Below are positions 35,826-46,220 of a stretch of DNA of 61,393 bases, piece by piece. Position numbers and translations under genes: made by a program. Location: the NCBI GenBank assembly GCA_032718475.1, contig JAUCBJ010000106.1, positions 1-61,393 of the forward strand, written 5' to 3'. The stretch's first letter is position 1. Each line of letters starts with the position of its first letter. The notes under the pieces were generated by a model. It had not been told where the DNA came from. It was given only the letters and a program-made list of their open reading frames with translations, and ran no database searches. This DNA comes from Nemertoderma westbladi. Its lineage: Eukaryota > Animalia > Xenacoelomorpha.

Positions 35826-36920
35826 GGGGCGAGCCATGAAGTGAGTGATAGCATCGAAGTAAGGTTATGACGCGACAACTAAAAAAGGTAAATAAACACA
35901 GACTTATGGGGGCGAGCCATGAAGTGTGTGATTGGCGTTTGACCTTGAACCGCAATAGGTAAAACCCAATATAGTAAGTGGGTTGCAGACGTTTGTTATA
36001 AAACATGATTTCGTGATTTGATGAAAAAATGGGGTGAGCCATGAAGCGAGTGAAGCCTTAGCATATGGGTTAAGGTTATAGTATTTATAATATTATTTTA
36101 ATTTGATTATTCTACCTATGGGGCGAGCCATGAAGTGAGTGATAGCATCGAAGTAAGGTTATTGTATTCAACTAACGACAGCCACCAATATTACAATTCT
36201 ATAGTTATTGGTAAGCAACTAGTTGTGGGGCGAGCCGCGAAGTGAGTATAAAGTTATAGTATTTATAATATTAATTTTTAATATGATTATTCTACTTATA
36301 TGTGGAGGGGCGAGCCATGAAGTGTGTGAAAGCATATAGGTGCAATCGGAGAGTTGTCTAATCGCCGTCCGGCGCCGACATAAATTTTAATTGCTAATAA
36401 CTCGGTTACACGGTGATTTGATGACAAAATAGGGCGAGCCATGAAGCGAGCGAAGCCTTAGAATATGGGTATCATTAACGAGTTGTGGGGGGAGGGCGAG
36501 TTTGATCGATTATTCTTGGTGGGCATACATACATTGATTGAGTACCGCACCCGTGTATAGAGAACTATCTGGACTTCCAGGGGTACGCATCTGGCTATAG
36601 TACGCTAACCTAATGTCCTGAGCCTTCACGCAGCACGAAGTAAGCAAAGCCTTTAGCATGTATAGGAACTATTGTTGAATTTGTTGATTATTATTGTTAT
36701 TATAATAATTTCCGAAATTATTACTTACATTAATTTTCGGTAGGTGGTGGTATATAGGCGCTATCGGTGAGTTGTCTTATCACCGTCCGGCGCCAACATA
36801 AGTTTTAATTGCTAATAACTCTGTTATACAGTGATTTGATGAAAAAATAGGACGAGCCATGAATCGAACGAAGCCTTAGAATATGGGTACCCGCGCGGCG
36901 CGGAGTGAGCAAAGCCTTTA
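35737..36920 (+). repeat. Subterminal array of GGGCGAGCCATGAAG(T/C)G motifs (~9 copies)
   Basis: Copies near 35737, 35826, 35909, 36031, 36120, 36227, 36307, 36432 and 36850, embedded in longer direct repeats. Confidence 0.85.
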
Positions 36921-37002
36921 GCGTGTGGGTACTATTGTTGAATTTTGGTAATTATTTATTGTTATTATATTAATTGTTGAAATTAAATTACATTAACTTA
37001 CA

Positions 37003-37401
37003 TTAATGTTGGGTGGGAGGCTGCGTTCTTGTTTGCCCCATCATTCTTGGGGGGCAGGCGCAAGTCGGGCGGACTACCCCACCAACAATTCTACCCGGCT
37101 CCACAGGGACTACCCCTTCTTGCGGCGGATCCGGGGGGAACCACGGCGATAAGCCACGACCTCTCCCTCGGGGCCGCTTATTCGGAAATACCATGGCAAT
37201 AGGCCTAAGAGGCCTACCAATCCCCGGATAAAAATTGATAGGCCTATACAACGCTGCCATCGGTGTATTAGGCCTTCTAAGGGGTTCAATGGTACCCCCG
37301 CGACTCCCCCCGCCGTAAGTTTGGGGCACCCTGCCAGAAACGGGTATTTGTTGGGTGGGGTCTTCTGCTTCAGGATTCTTGAGTTCGCCGCTTTCAGCCA
37401 T
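37003..37401 (-). CDS. Polinton hypothetical Pro/Gly/Arg-rich protein
   Basis: GC-rich 132-codon ORF between AT-rich spacers, on the same strand as the structural module. Confidence 0.5.
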   Translation of the reverse strand: MAESGELKNPEAEDPTQQIPVSGRVPQTYGGGSRGGTIEPLRRPNTPMAALYRPINFYPGIGRPLRPIAMVFPNKRPRGRGRGLSPWFPPDPPQEGVVPVEPGRIVGGVVRPTCACPPRMMGQTRTQPPTQH

Positions 37402-38008
37402 ATTGATAATATTATATATTATATAATAATATTTATTAATAATAATTTAAAATTAAAATAATAAAGTGTTGTCAATATCGCCATTCCCAATGTTATATAG
37501 CAAACTACAACAGAACTAACTACTTTGGTAAGGCTAATTATCTATGCTTCGTATATGGCTTATTTTCTTTTGCGAAACCGGCCACATATGTGAGTAAATT
37601 GAACCCAGAGCTTTGATTGTCGTTAGAGCGTTTAATTATTGTCTAATGAGCGTAGCGTGGATAGAGATTCTGGCCTTTGTGTTAACCACATAGGTTGGGC
37701 GGCAGATGCTTGGTATATAACGGAAAGAGTTGGGTCCCAATGTGCTCTATGTCCAATTATTATTCCAGTTTTACCAGCCGCCCACACGTTAACGAGACCC
37801 CTGCAAGGTTTCTGCGATTGACGATGAAAATTAAAAACGAATAGTGCTGCGTGAAGACCCCAACCCACGTCACTTACCGTGTCCCATATATTTATTAAAA
37901 ATATTGCTATTACTATATACCCAAGAAATAAATATTTATTATTAATATTAACGCTAATAATATGTTCACACACCGCAATTGAATATACCCATAACCGAAA
38001 TAAATAAA

Positions 38009-38449
38009 TTATTTTATTAATGAAAGTGTCCACAGTAATAACAATAAATCATTGTAACGCAAATTAGAGGTGAATATATTCATTGCTCCGGGATTTTTCG
38101 GCACCTCGGTTAAATAATACAGACAAAATAGACCACACTGAGTCGATTGTGGCGCTTGAAATATTTTACGATTCCAAGTATGCCTTTGGGTATATTTATG
38201 CAGCCAATATGATATTTTTGGCGGCGGGGCTTTACCAAACGAATCTAAATAATAAGCAATTCTGTTAACCATGCGTACGCAAGACCAGTGTTGTCCTGGT
38301 AGGCCTATACGTTGATTATTAATAATAAATGAATAATTTTGTTTCTGCTTATTTTTTTTTGTGTGTATTAGGAGTAATTGGTCGATTGCGTAAACACCGA
38401 TGTATTCGGGCCCCACCGGGAATTTCGCTAATTGTATAGAGTCCAACAT
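38009..38449 (-). CDS. Adenain-like cysteine maturation protease
   Basis: GQHW, YYLDSFG and QAPQSTQCGLFC catalytic His/Asp/Gln/Cys motifs. Confidence 0.93.
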   Translation of the reverse strand: MLDSIQLAKFPVGPEYIGVYAIDQLLLIHTKKNKQKQNYSFIINNQRIGLPGQHWSCVRMVNRIAYYLDSFGKAPPPKISYWLHKYTQRHTWNRKIFQAPQSTQCGLFCLYYLTEVPKNPGAMNIFTSNLRYNDLLLLLWTLSLIK

Positions 38450-38543
38450 CTTAGCGTACGCGTATCATTAAAAGTTTAAGATAATTTTTCTAATTCCGCA
38501 GGCGGCGTGGCTTCGCTTACTTTGTACTATGCGAGATCTTTAT

Positions 38544-39794
38544 TTATTCGGTTATTATTTCCTTGGCTTCTGAAATAGATAGAAGAGCGTCATAGCTTGC
38601 CATTAATATAACGTTAATAGTGTTAACTAGCGCATTACTAAATTTCAGAATCAAATGCCCGCTTGTATGTATACTAGGTTGAATCTCATGGCTTTGATCG
38701 CCTCCGGCGGTAAGATCAAATACGATCAAAGGAAATTGGGTACGAAACCGTTCTGGTGTTAGCGAGCAAAATACGCCGCTCAAGCTCTTGAACACGTTCA
38801 TTAAACTTTCGAATTCCAGCATAAAATTGTTTTCTGGAAAGTTAGGGCGATATGGATACCCGTGTATAATACGGGAGTCGATGTTTAGTTCGGCATAATT
38901 TAAACCGAAATGGTTAAAATGTAGCGGATTACTGCTTAATTCCCCGTTGAAGCTGGCGTTGGTAAGCATTCCAATCAAAATATACTTAGGTAATTTCCCT
39001 TGGATTATGTTCGATTCTGTATAACTGGACTGCCCACCACCAATAGTGAAGGTTTTCACTTCTTGTTTTAACAAGTTATAAATAAAGTCATTTTTTTGTG
39101 ACCCCAACAAATGCGCGCGCATAACCTCAGCATCAATCCTGTGGCGTTTTATTTTTAAATTAATATTCATGATTTCAACTCTTGGGTTTACCAATCCTGC
39201 GGGGGGTTCAACTTTCAAAAAAAAATTATTCGATACTCGGTCTATACGAAGTCGAATGTTAATTCCTGGCGGCAGTAATTTGTCCTGGCTTGTTAGGTCT
39301 AAAAAAATTGGGGCCACAACGAATTTAACATAATTCCCACGAACGTCATTCTCAGTAGCGACAGGTACCCCACCTAGATTATTATCTGTATCTTCATATC
39401 CGCCAGCTCTTAAGATACTGCGTTTTTCATTAGCATCTGTCAACAGTAATGTCTGAAACGTAGACTTATAGGCGTAGAACCCATTCGAGGTTTCAACTAG
39501 CTTTTCATTTAGGTATAACAAACAATTTTCAAATAGTGACCCACCGGGGTAATTGAGATGGTGGAGGGTTGTATCGTCGTTAGCCCTATTACCATCCCAT
39601 GTAATTTTATATTTAATGTGAAATTTCGAATTCTTTAAATCAGTATATAGAACATTTGACTGGGGTATAAAGAACTCTATTTGCCTGGCATTCGCATCAA
39701 GAGTAGAAATCGGGTAGATATCCAAAAAATGTGAAGATGTATATTCTCGCTGATTTGTTTTACTCGAGAATAATGATAATTCTAATTTACTCAT
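38544..39794 (-). CDS. Double jelly-roll major capsid protein
   Basis: MSKLELSLF start (ATG 39794), QDKLLPPGINIRLRI, FNGELSSNPLHFNHF, IVFDLT and GHLILKF, as in Polinton MCPs; 416 aa, open. Confidence 0.9.
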   Translation of the reverse strand: MSKLELSLFSSKTNQREYTSSHFLDIYPISTLDANARQIEFFIPQSNVLYTDLKNSKFHIKYKITWDGNRANDDTTLHHLNYPGGSLFENCLLYLNEKLVETSNGFYAYKSTFQTLLLTDANEKRSILRAGGYEDTDNNLGGVPVATENDVRGNYVKFVVAPIFLDLTSQDKLLPPGINIRLRIDRVSNNFFLKVEPPAGLVNPRVEIMNINLKIKRHRIDAEVMRAHLLGSQKNDFIYNLLKQEVKTFTIGGGQSSYTESNIIQGKLPKYILIGMLTNASFNGELSSNPLHFNHFGLNYAELNIDSRIIHGYPYRPNFPENNFMLEFESLMNVFKSLSGVFCSLTPERFRTQFPLIVFDLTAGGDQSHEIQPSIHTSGHLILKFSNALVNTINVILMASYDALLSISEAKEIITE

Positions 39795-39969
39795 TGTTAA
39801 GTTACATAAAAATGTCGCGAAATTTATTATTTCGCTTTTTACGTTTGCGCCCAACGTTCATACCCACACTTGGGTGTCGCCGTTTCCCGCTCCTCTTTTT
39901 TTTACTTTTCGGGTTTGTAAATTCATTGTATACCCGTTGGGCGATTTGGCGTGTCTTTGGATGAAGTTC

Positions 39970-40329
39970 TTACCGCGCGGCCACTTTATTTATCAAATCA
40001 TCTGCTTTACTGCGTAAAATACGTTTTCCTTCCGGTATTATGTATTTCCGCGCTACTCTTGCTGCTTTGGGGAGGGCTTTAGTTAGCACCTTTCTCCCTA
40101 ACTTGCGCGCTAATATACCGAGGCCAGTTGTTAATATTCCGCGCCCGCGCTGACGATTTTGGGTGTATCGCCGCCCGAATTTATTATTCTTATTATTCCA
40201 TATACCAGTAGATGGGCCAAACCCTGGGAGAATGCTTCCACCCTTAAAAACGGGTATATCACTATAATTCCCACTTCCCAGTTGGATTTGTGGGGCGCTA
40301 TATAATTTAAACAAATTAGAATCTGACAT
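39970..40329 (-). CDS. Small basic core/membrane-active protein with adenain-type sites
   Basis: QLGSG, FKGG and QRGRG followed by an amphipathic basic helix GLGILARKLGRKVLTKALPK; located between the pentons and MCP. Confidence 0.7.
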   Translation of the reverse strand: MSDSNLFKLYSAPQIQLGSGNYSDIPVFKGGSILPGFGPSTGIWNNKNNKFGRRYTQNRQRGRGILTTGLGILARKLGRKVLTKALPKAARVARKYIIPEGKRILRSKADDLINKVAAR

Positions 40330-40451
40330 TATTATTATGAGTATTTATTATAACGTATAATAATAATTCTTTACTACATACGTATATGTGTAATCAACAA
40401 ATAATATATGTACCACATAATAATACAATATAATTAATAAATATATACACA

Positions 40452-41036
40452 TTAATTTGATGACAACCATTTCCCATAACCAACTGCGAGTTTCATAGAA
40501 CAGTAATTAAAACAAGAATCTTTATCAGAATGGTAGGCACAATTTGTTATTCCCGAATAATCATGGAAAAGACATTTGGTATCATAATCAACATATTTTT
40601 CGTTTATGCCGTACGTTTCTAGAAGTGTTCTATTCACATTAAATTCATTTTTTAAAATAAATAATTTCGGTATTCCGCGTATTAATATTTGAAACCCCAA
40701 CCGTTTTTTTTCTTGTAACCATTCCTGTATGTACATTTTAAATGCGCTTTGGTCCATAAATCCGTAGCCAAAATTAATGTGATGCGTAATATTGGCGAGT
40801 TGTGTGTATTCGCTTAAACTTAAAATTTTTGCGGGTGGACCATTAATAAACCATACGTTTTCTAATGATTTGATGGTAGTATTATAAGCCGCAAACTCTT
40901 TAAAATAAATGGTTGCAACGGGGTGTTGGCCGATCTGCGGATGATGCGTATAATATTGGAAATCTACTATTATTCCTGGGGTTTCCAGCATCGGGTAATA
41001 ATCACGCCCACGGCTGCGACTTAGAAATTTATCCAT
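40452..41036 (-). CDS. Putative degenerate DEDD/RNase H-fold protein with C-terminal CxxH...C motif
   Basis: IIVDFQ, FKEFA, IRGxxK and CAYH(x9)CS pattern. The fold assignment is inference. Confidence 0.45.
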   Translation of the reverse strand: MDKFLSRSRGRDYYPMLETPGIIVDFQYYTHHPQIGQHPVATIYFKEFAAYNTTIKSLENVWFINGPPAKILSLSEYTQLANITHHINFGYGFMDQSAFKMYIQEWLQEKKRLGFQILIRGIPKLFILKNEFNVNRTLLETYGINEKYVDYDTKCLFHDYSGITNCAYHSDKDSCFNYCSMKLAVGYGKWLSSN

Positions 41037-41110
41037 ATAGTCGCTATTACTTCAGATAATCAGATAAGAATAAATAATAAATAATTTACATCGATTAAAT
41101 TGTGACTATC

Positions 41111-41914
41111 TCAATAAATTTGTATAAAATGAAGCGTCAATATTGAATTTCCATAATGAAAGCGCAACAAATTTCCCGAATCCCCAATCAACCGAACTCG
41201 TATATAACGTAAATTAGATGTTGAATTAACTTTTTTATAGTAGACTTCCTCAACTTCTCGACTAATAATTTGCCCATATTCCCCTTCTATGGGTATGCCA
41301 CGCAACAGAGGGTATTCGCTATTGTCTACAAATTGAGGTTCGACGCAATTGATATGTATATTTATGTTGGGTTCCAGTATTTCGACAGCATTAGGATGCT
41401 TATGGCAGTTGTACTTATTATTTCGTGAATCAATCCTTAGCAAGTGATAATCCCCTACAGCATTTTGTACACACATAAAACCTTTGCCGTCAACCTCGTG
41501 TTCTGTTAATCCTAGGTAACCACCCAAACGTTTACTGACAAATATCGACAACTGTTTACCTTTAAAATGTATGGTTATATTACCGGAGCGTGCTCTATTA
41601 TCAATTATATTAATTTGGCCTTTAATAAGGCTTTTGTTGAAGTACTCAATGATCCTTTCCAATGATAGGAAAGATCCTTCGGGGAGAGTAACATCTCTTG
41701 TAAACATTTTTTTATTTTTTATGGCCTTTATATAAATGTCGCTATTGTCATACCTGATACTAGATACGTACGTTATACCGGTTAAACCTACTAACCACTG
41801 CCCTCTAGCGAAAGGTAAAGGAATTTGCAAATTTGTTTGGAAATCGCTGGGGCTATTACGCGGGAATTCTATGGGGTTTGCGTTTGAGGGTAGTACAACG
41901 TAATAACTGTTCAT
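41111..41914 (-). CDS. Minor capsid protein (penton), copy 2
   Basis: YYVVLPSNA..FPRNSPSDF..W.VGL..I.Y N-terminus; PLLRGIP..Y..V..G.LLRF..G..ILTLHF C-terminus. Confidence 0.9.
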   Translation of the reverse strand: MNSYYVVLPSNANPIEFPRNSPSDFQTNLQIPLPFARGQWLVGLTGITYVSSIRYDNSDIYIKAIKNKKMFTRDVTLPEGSFLSLERIIEYFNKSLIKGQINIIDNRARSGNITIHFKGKQLSIFVSKRLGGYLGLTEHEVDGKGFMCVQNAVGDYHLLRIDSRNNKYNCHKHPNAVEILEPNINIHINCVEPQFVDNSEYPLLRGIPIEGEYGQIISREVEEVYYKKVNSTSNLRYIRVRLIGDSGNLLRFHYGNSILTLHFIQIY

Positions 41915-42795
41915 TCTTGTAGTTTTTGTCGCCGTTGTTGTTTTTTGAGTTCTAGAACTAAAATTGTTTTACCTCCATGAAAGACTATATGCTTTCCTTT
42001 ATGGTCGCGAAGCGTTATACTAATTGTATCGAGCACTTTTTTATTTTTTAATTGTTTGTAATGTGTGTTTTTGAATTCCTGGTTGATGAATGAGTATGGT
42101 TCCCATTTCAAGGGGATTATCCGCAAAAGAGGCGCCATCGAATGTCCTACGTGAGAAGATTCAATCATATCTGTATATATAAACATTGTGTGTCTATCCC
42201 TCGTTATATCGCAAGGTTCGGGGAATTCAACCCCATCCATTTTGTTTGTGTCTTTACAGCCTAAGTTCAATAAATCATCATCTCCGTTGTAGTGTATTGC
42301 CCAAAGCGCCCCAAGACCCATTAAATTATTTTTTAAACTCGATAACCCGAAAATATTTATTATATCTCCATAGAATTGGAAATAGCGACCTTTCTTACAA
42401 TGTAGATGAATTTTTGATGTATGTTTTTGGTAGTTAAACTTAACATCTTTGAAACCGTGGTGGGATATTGTGGGATTTTTCAAATAAACACTAATATGGT
42501 TTTAAATTGACTCAATAGAAGCATATAGCCCAAGATTAAAATCGATTTCTATAAGATTGTATGGAGCTATATGAAATTCCAAATCCTCATCATACATATA
42601 TTCCCCAATTCTAATTCCGGATCTTTGTTCAATATTTCTATAGGTCGACACATACTGTATTTCCTTTAGACCCACGACCCAATCTGTGCTGACGGGGATA
42701 GGTTTGGACAACTCAATCGTGAAATCGCTGGGAGTGTTATCGGGATATTTATCTAGACTGGCGTCGGAAGTCAACGTTAAATGTAAGTAATCCAT
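41911..42795 (-). pseudogene. Minor capsid protein (penton), copy 1, one in-frame TAA
   Basis: LTLTSDAS..YPDNTPSDF..WVVGLKEIQY (42502-42795) and FIYTDMIE..VG...APLLRII (41911-42483) share a frame; TAA at 42502-42504. Confidence 0.88.
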
Positions 42796-42809
42796 AATAA
42801 TATAATTAA

Positions 42810-43895
42810 TTATTGTACGTGATCAACCCACCGATGTGTCGCAAAACCAACAAATTTAACCAAATATTGCTTTTTGCCGCTTTTATTTACTTTTTCTTTA
42901 ATTATTTTTTCAATTGGTAGGAATTTAAATGGTTCTATTACCTTTTGGATTTCATGTCGATAAAATGTCCCCTTTATAACGCGCCCATTCGAGTCCACAA
43001 CTTCGTACATAGGGTACAGCTCTCGATCCAATCTTATTCTGTAAATTTCAAAAATTTCTACTGTATAATTAGGTGTATAACCTTTGTCAAATGGCTTTCT
43101 AGCTAAACTCAGCCGCACCTTATCACCAACCTTGAAATGAACTCGACGCTGCGCGCGGCGTTTTCTTTTATTGGGATGACCCACACTCCCATATAGTTTT
43201 AAAAATAGGTCAGTTTCATTCTTTTTATTGACAGAGTTTGGCGCCATACCAATGGTTCTATGTATTGAATTATTATATGCAACCAATATTTTTGGCAATA
43301 TACTCATCCATTCTCTATTCTGTCTCCTCGTGAAAATTCTGTACATGCGAGATTTGAGGGTGCGATTCAGCCTTTCACAGATACTAGCTTTAAATTGGCT
43401 AACTAATGTATAAAAATGAACATTATTGTTCTGTAAGAAATCTTTCACCAATTTATTAACAAACTCAGTTCCTTGATCAACTGCTAGCCGTTTAGGTTTC
43501 CTTTCTTCGAATATCGTGGCTAGGGCCCTTTTAATTTCGACCCCTGTTTTACGTTTTAGACCCAACGCCCATGCCTTCCGACTAAAACACTCAATACAAG
43601 TAAGTATGTAACCGTAGCCATTATTCTCACCCCTAAAAGGTTGCATATCACACAAATCCGCTTGGTATAGATCGCCAATACCACCCGTGAAGATTTTTGA
43701 TGTCGGGTAATGGCGCCTAGCCGGCGTGTGTAGGGAATACGTTCGTTGGGAGCTCAACCATTCCTTTGCGCGATTTCTCGTAACTTTAGTGGCTTTCGCT
43801 AGTTTGGTTACGCTCGCGAAACCGGCAGCATTTGAAACATCGTAATATATTCTTCCCAGTCGTTTGTTTGTTCGATTTTCTACGGTTCTCCCCAT
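42810..43895 (-). CDS. int: Retroviral-type (RVE) integrase with C-terminal chromodomain
   Basis: YQADL, LAVDQGTEF and ERLNRTLK form the DDE triad; YNNSIHRTIGMAP; KQYLVKFVGF chromo-like tail. Confidence 0.96.
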   Translation of the reverse strand: MGRTVENRTNKRLGRIYYDVSNAAGFASVTKLAKATKVTRNRAKEWLSSQRTYSLHTPARRHYPTSKIFTGGIGDLYQADLCDMQPFRGENNGYGYILTCIECFSRKAWALGLKRKTGVEIKRALATIFEERKPKRLAVDQGTEFVNKLVKDFLQNNNVHFYTLVSQFKASICERLNRTLKSRMYRIFTRRQNREWMSILPKILVAYNNSIHRTIGMAPNSVNKKNETDLFLKLYGSVGHPNKRKRRAQRRVHFKVGDKVRLSLARKPFDKGYTPNYTVEIFEIYRIRLDRELYPMYEVVDSNGRVIKGTFYRHEIQKVIEPFKFLPIEKIIKEKVNKSGKKQYLVKFVGFATHRWVDHVQ

Positions 43896-44090
43896 CGGTT
43901 GTGTCGTGTCGTGGTAGAAAACACTTACAATGACAGTTAATACTTAATATGAAACGTTCAAAAAACATGCTACTATTTTAATGTTGTCCTACGTTTTGTT
44001 TCCGCACGTCGATTTATTGTAGTCCTACGTATTGTTTCCACGCGTCGACGCGTTTTGCATTGGAGGGGGTCACACGGACCCTTTGCCGTT

Positions 44091-44471
44091 TCAACCAACC
44101 GCGACCAATCGTTTTGGTATCCTTAATCGTTTTAATAACCCCAAAAATGTTGTTTGTCCTGGAATTATTTCGGTGTTGTTCTTATTTTTTTTTGTAGTCA
44201 GCAATTCAATCAAATGATCAATATTCGCTCCGGGTATAAGTTTATTTTCTATATAGAGTTTATTATTATCACTCCACCGTACTCTGTCTCGCGAGAATCG
44301 CATCAAATAACTCAACAATCGTTTGGCTTTCTGGGATGAAATTGTCACACCATCTAGCGGTTGTATTATATTATTGCTTTTCTTATTATTATTATTATAA
44401 GTATCCGTTAATAAAGTAGAAACTAGATACAACTTCATAAAATTTCCAAGGCTAATCTCGTTATTTTTCAT
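44091..44471 (-). CDS. Conserved Polinton hypothetical protein
   Basis: KAKRLL..W...KLYI....IPGANIDHLI...PG..FL..L pattern, recalled from ORFs between ATPase and integrase in Polintons. Confidence 0.55.
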   Translation of the reverse strand: MKNNEISLGNFMKLYLVSTLLTDTYNNNNKKSNNIIQPLDGVTISSQKAKRLLSYLMRFSRDRVRWSDNNKLYIENKLIPGANIDHLIELLTTKKNKNNTEIIPGQTTFLGLLKRLRIPKRLVAVG

Positions 44472-44592
44472 CGTTATATATCATTATTAATATATTAATA
44501 CTATATACTAGAGTTCACGTTCATGGACCGATAATAACCTAATTTTGGTGAAAGTCTAAACAAGGTGTGAAAATGGTTTTCGCGTGGCGTCG

Positions 44593-45303
44593 CTACTGCG
44601 GTATAGACTGAGCCTCAGGGCGTTGGCGAGGTGTGTTAGAGTTCATGTTCGTGGGTTGATAAACAGTTTGCCCTAATGGGTTGAAAATATCACCCCTAAC
44701 TCTTATACTATCATCCGTTTTTTGATGAAAGTCTAAGAGAAGGTGTGTGAATGGTTTTTGTGTGGCGTCACTATATGCTTGAACAATAAAATTGCTATTT
44801 TTTGGGTACACTTGTCGCGCTATATAACTTATTTGACTTGCGTCGCGGGGATTTTTTGTGAAAATACAATATTGGGCATTTAGACTTCTAGTCCGTGTTT
44901 CCGCCCCTTTACTGAAGAAATTTTGTGTTATATAGATAATGAAACAGGAAGTATGATGGCAGGTTTTTGTGAAGCTTTCTGTCAAACTCTCGTCACTCTT
45001 ACTTTCGCTTAACAAGTCGTCTATAATAATTAGATCGTTTTCGCGGAAAATAGAATTAATTTTTTGCGGTAAACCTTTGAATAGATGTGTTATACCTGGG
45101 AATTCTGGTGGGGTGGCGCCATAAAAGAATAATACACGCTTCGGGGTTATATCAAAAACTAAATTTTTATTTTTTACAATTTTTGATACCAGCACTGTTT
45201 TTCCGGAAGAACTTGGACCCGCAATAATCATGGCCGAACCCATCTTGAAAGAGGCGTCGTATGATGTGATTGGTTCCTGCGATATCGTCGGCTCTCGGGA
45301 CAT
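44593..45303 (-). CDS. A32/FtsK-family packaging ATPase
   Basis: Walker A GPSSSGKT, Walker B LIIIDDL, ITQN and RSLNAQY..F.NPRD. Confidence 0.95.
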   Translation of the reverse strand: MSREPTISQEPITSYDASFKMGSAMIIAGPSSSGKTVLVSKIVKNKNLVFDITPKRVLFFYGATPPEFPGITHLFKGLPQKINSIFRENDLIIIDDLLSESKSDESLTESFTKTCHHTSCFIIYITQNFFSKGAETRTRSLNAQYCIFTKNPRDASQISYIARQVYPKNSNFIVQAYSDATQKPFTHLLLDFHQKTDDSIRVRGDIFNPLGQTVYQPTNMNSNTPRQRPEAQSIPQ

Positions 45304-45320
45304 TGTTGATAGGTAGCCAC

Positions 45321-45785
45321 TCAGTAGATGGGAAATCTAGAAACTTGACGGTTGACGCGTGTACCAGAGGTACTAGGTCTATACCCCCGGCGGGATTGGG
45401 CTAATTTTCTGCCTCTTACAGCCGTTATTATGGGTGATATTTTCTGATAAGCGTTAAGCCCACTCATTAAACCAGAGATTAGTAGATTTATAAATCCGCA
45501 CCTTTGCACCAATCGTTTACGATAAATTCGAATGGGATACTTGGCTGCTTTTGGCTTTTTAGCGATCTCGCGTATTGTTTTTTTATGGCGTTTTAACCTC
45601 ACGATTGTTTGCTCAGGAATTTTTACGTTACCATTTAATACATTTAGAATAATATTAATTAGAAAACTTATAAGTTCGTCTGTTCCACCGACGCGTAAGA
45701 AGGTTTTTCTACGGTTAAGGGAGGCGTTAGATAAGAACTTTAAATCCCCGTCAAATTGTTTAATTAAAGCTTTGAGTGATTTCAT
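45321..45785 (-). CDS. Basic pX-like core protein
   Basis: NVLNGNV...LKRHKK.IR.IA...LVQRCGFINLLISGL resembles the Polinton/adenovirus pX QxGG|F/IL hydrophobic tail. Confidence 0.7.
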   Translation of the reverse strand: MKSLKALIKQFDGDLKFLSNASLNRRKTFLRVGGTDELISFLINIILNVLNGNVKIPEQTIVRLKRHKKTIREIAKKPKAAKYPIRIYRKRLVQRCGFINLLISGLMSGLNAYQKISPIITAVRGRKLAQSRRGYRPSTSGTRVNRQVSRFPIY

Positions 45786-46220
45786 TACATATATTAATAA
45801 CTTATATAAACGAGAACAATAATTGTAAGTAATAAAACACCACCACCGTTATAAATAGTATCGATTATATGCGTGGGTGGGGTTTTTCACACGATAAAAC
45901 CGAGCAATTATAGAAACCGGCACTCTTTAAAACCTAACATCAATAATTAATAAAATACATTATATAACGCGAACAATGAATTAATTTTGACATACTGACT
46001 GACAGAAAGACCGACAAATAGAGAGATAGACTAGATTTATGTAAATATAAACCGACATCAGAAATGAAATTGACGCCCTCGACAACCTAAGACTACCGAT
46101 AAAACACGTTATATATAATGTGATAATGTGAATAATGTTAATATTCACGTTTATTTAAAAACCTAACGAGATCCCACCGGACAAACCTAAAACTGGCACC
46201 AGAAATGAAAAAATTAAATA

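Noticed and set aside
35737-36920. CRISPR-like repeat-spacer array in the Polinton end
   Set aside because: Spacing is irregular and the intervening sequences are themselves duplicated.
37632-38033. 133-aa Polinton ORF
   Set aside because: It overlaps the protease end, the first half is AT-rich low complexity, and no motif was recognised; left uncalled.
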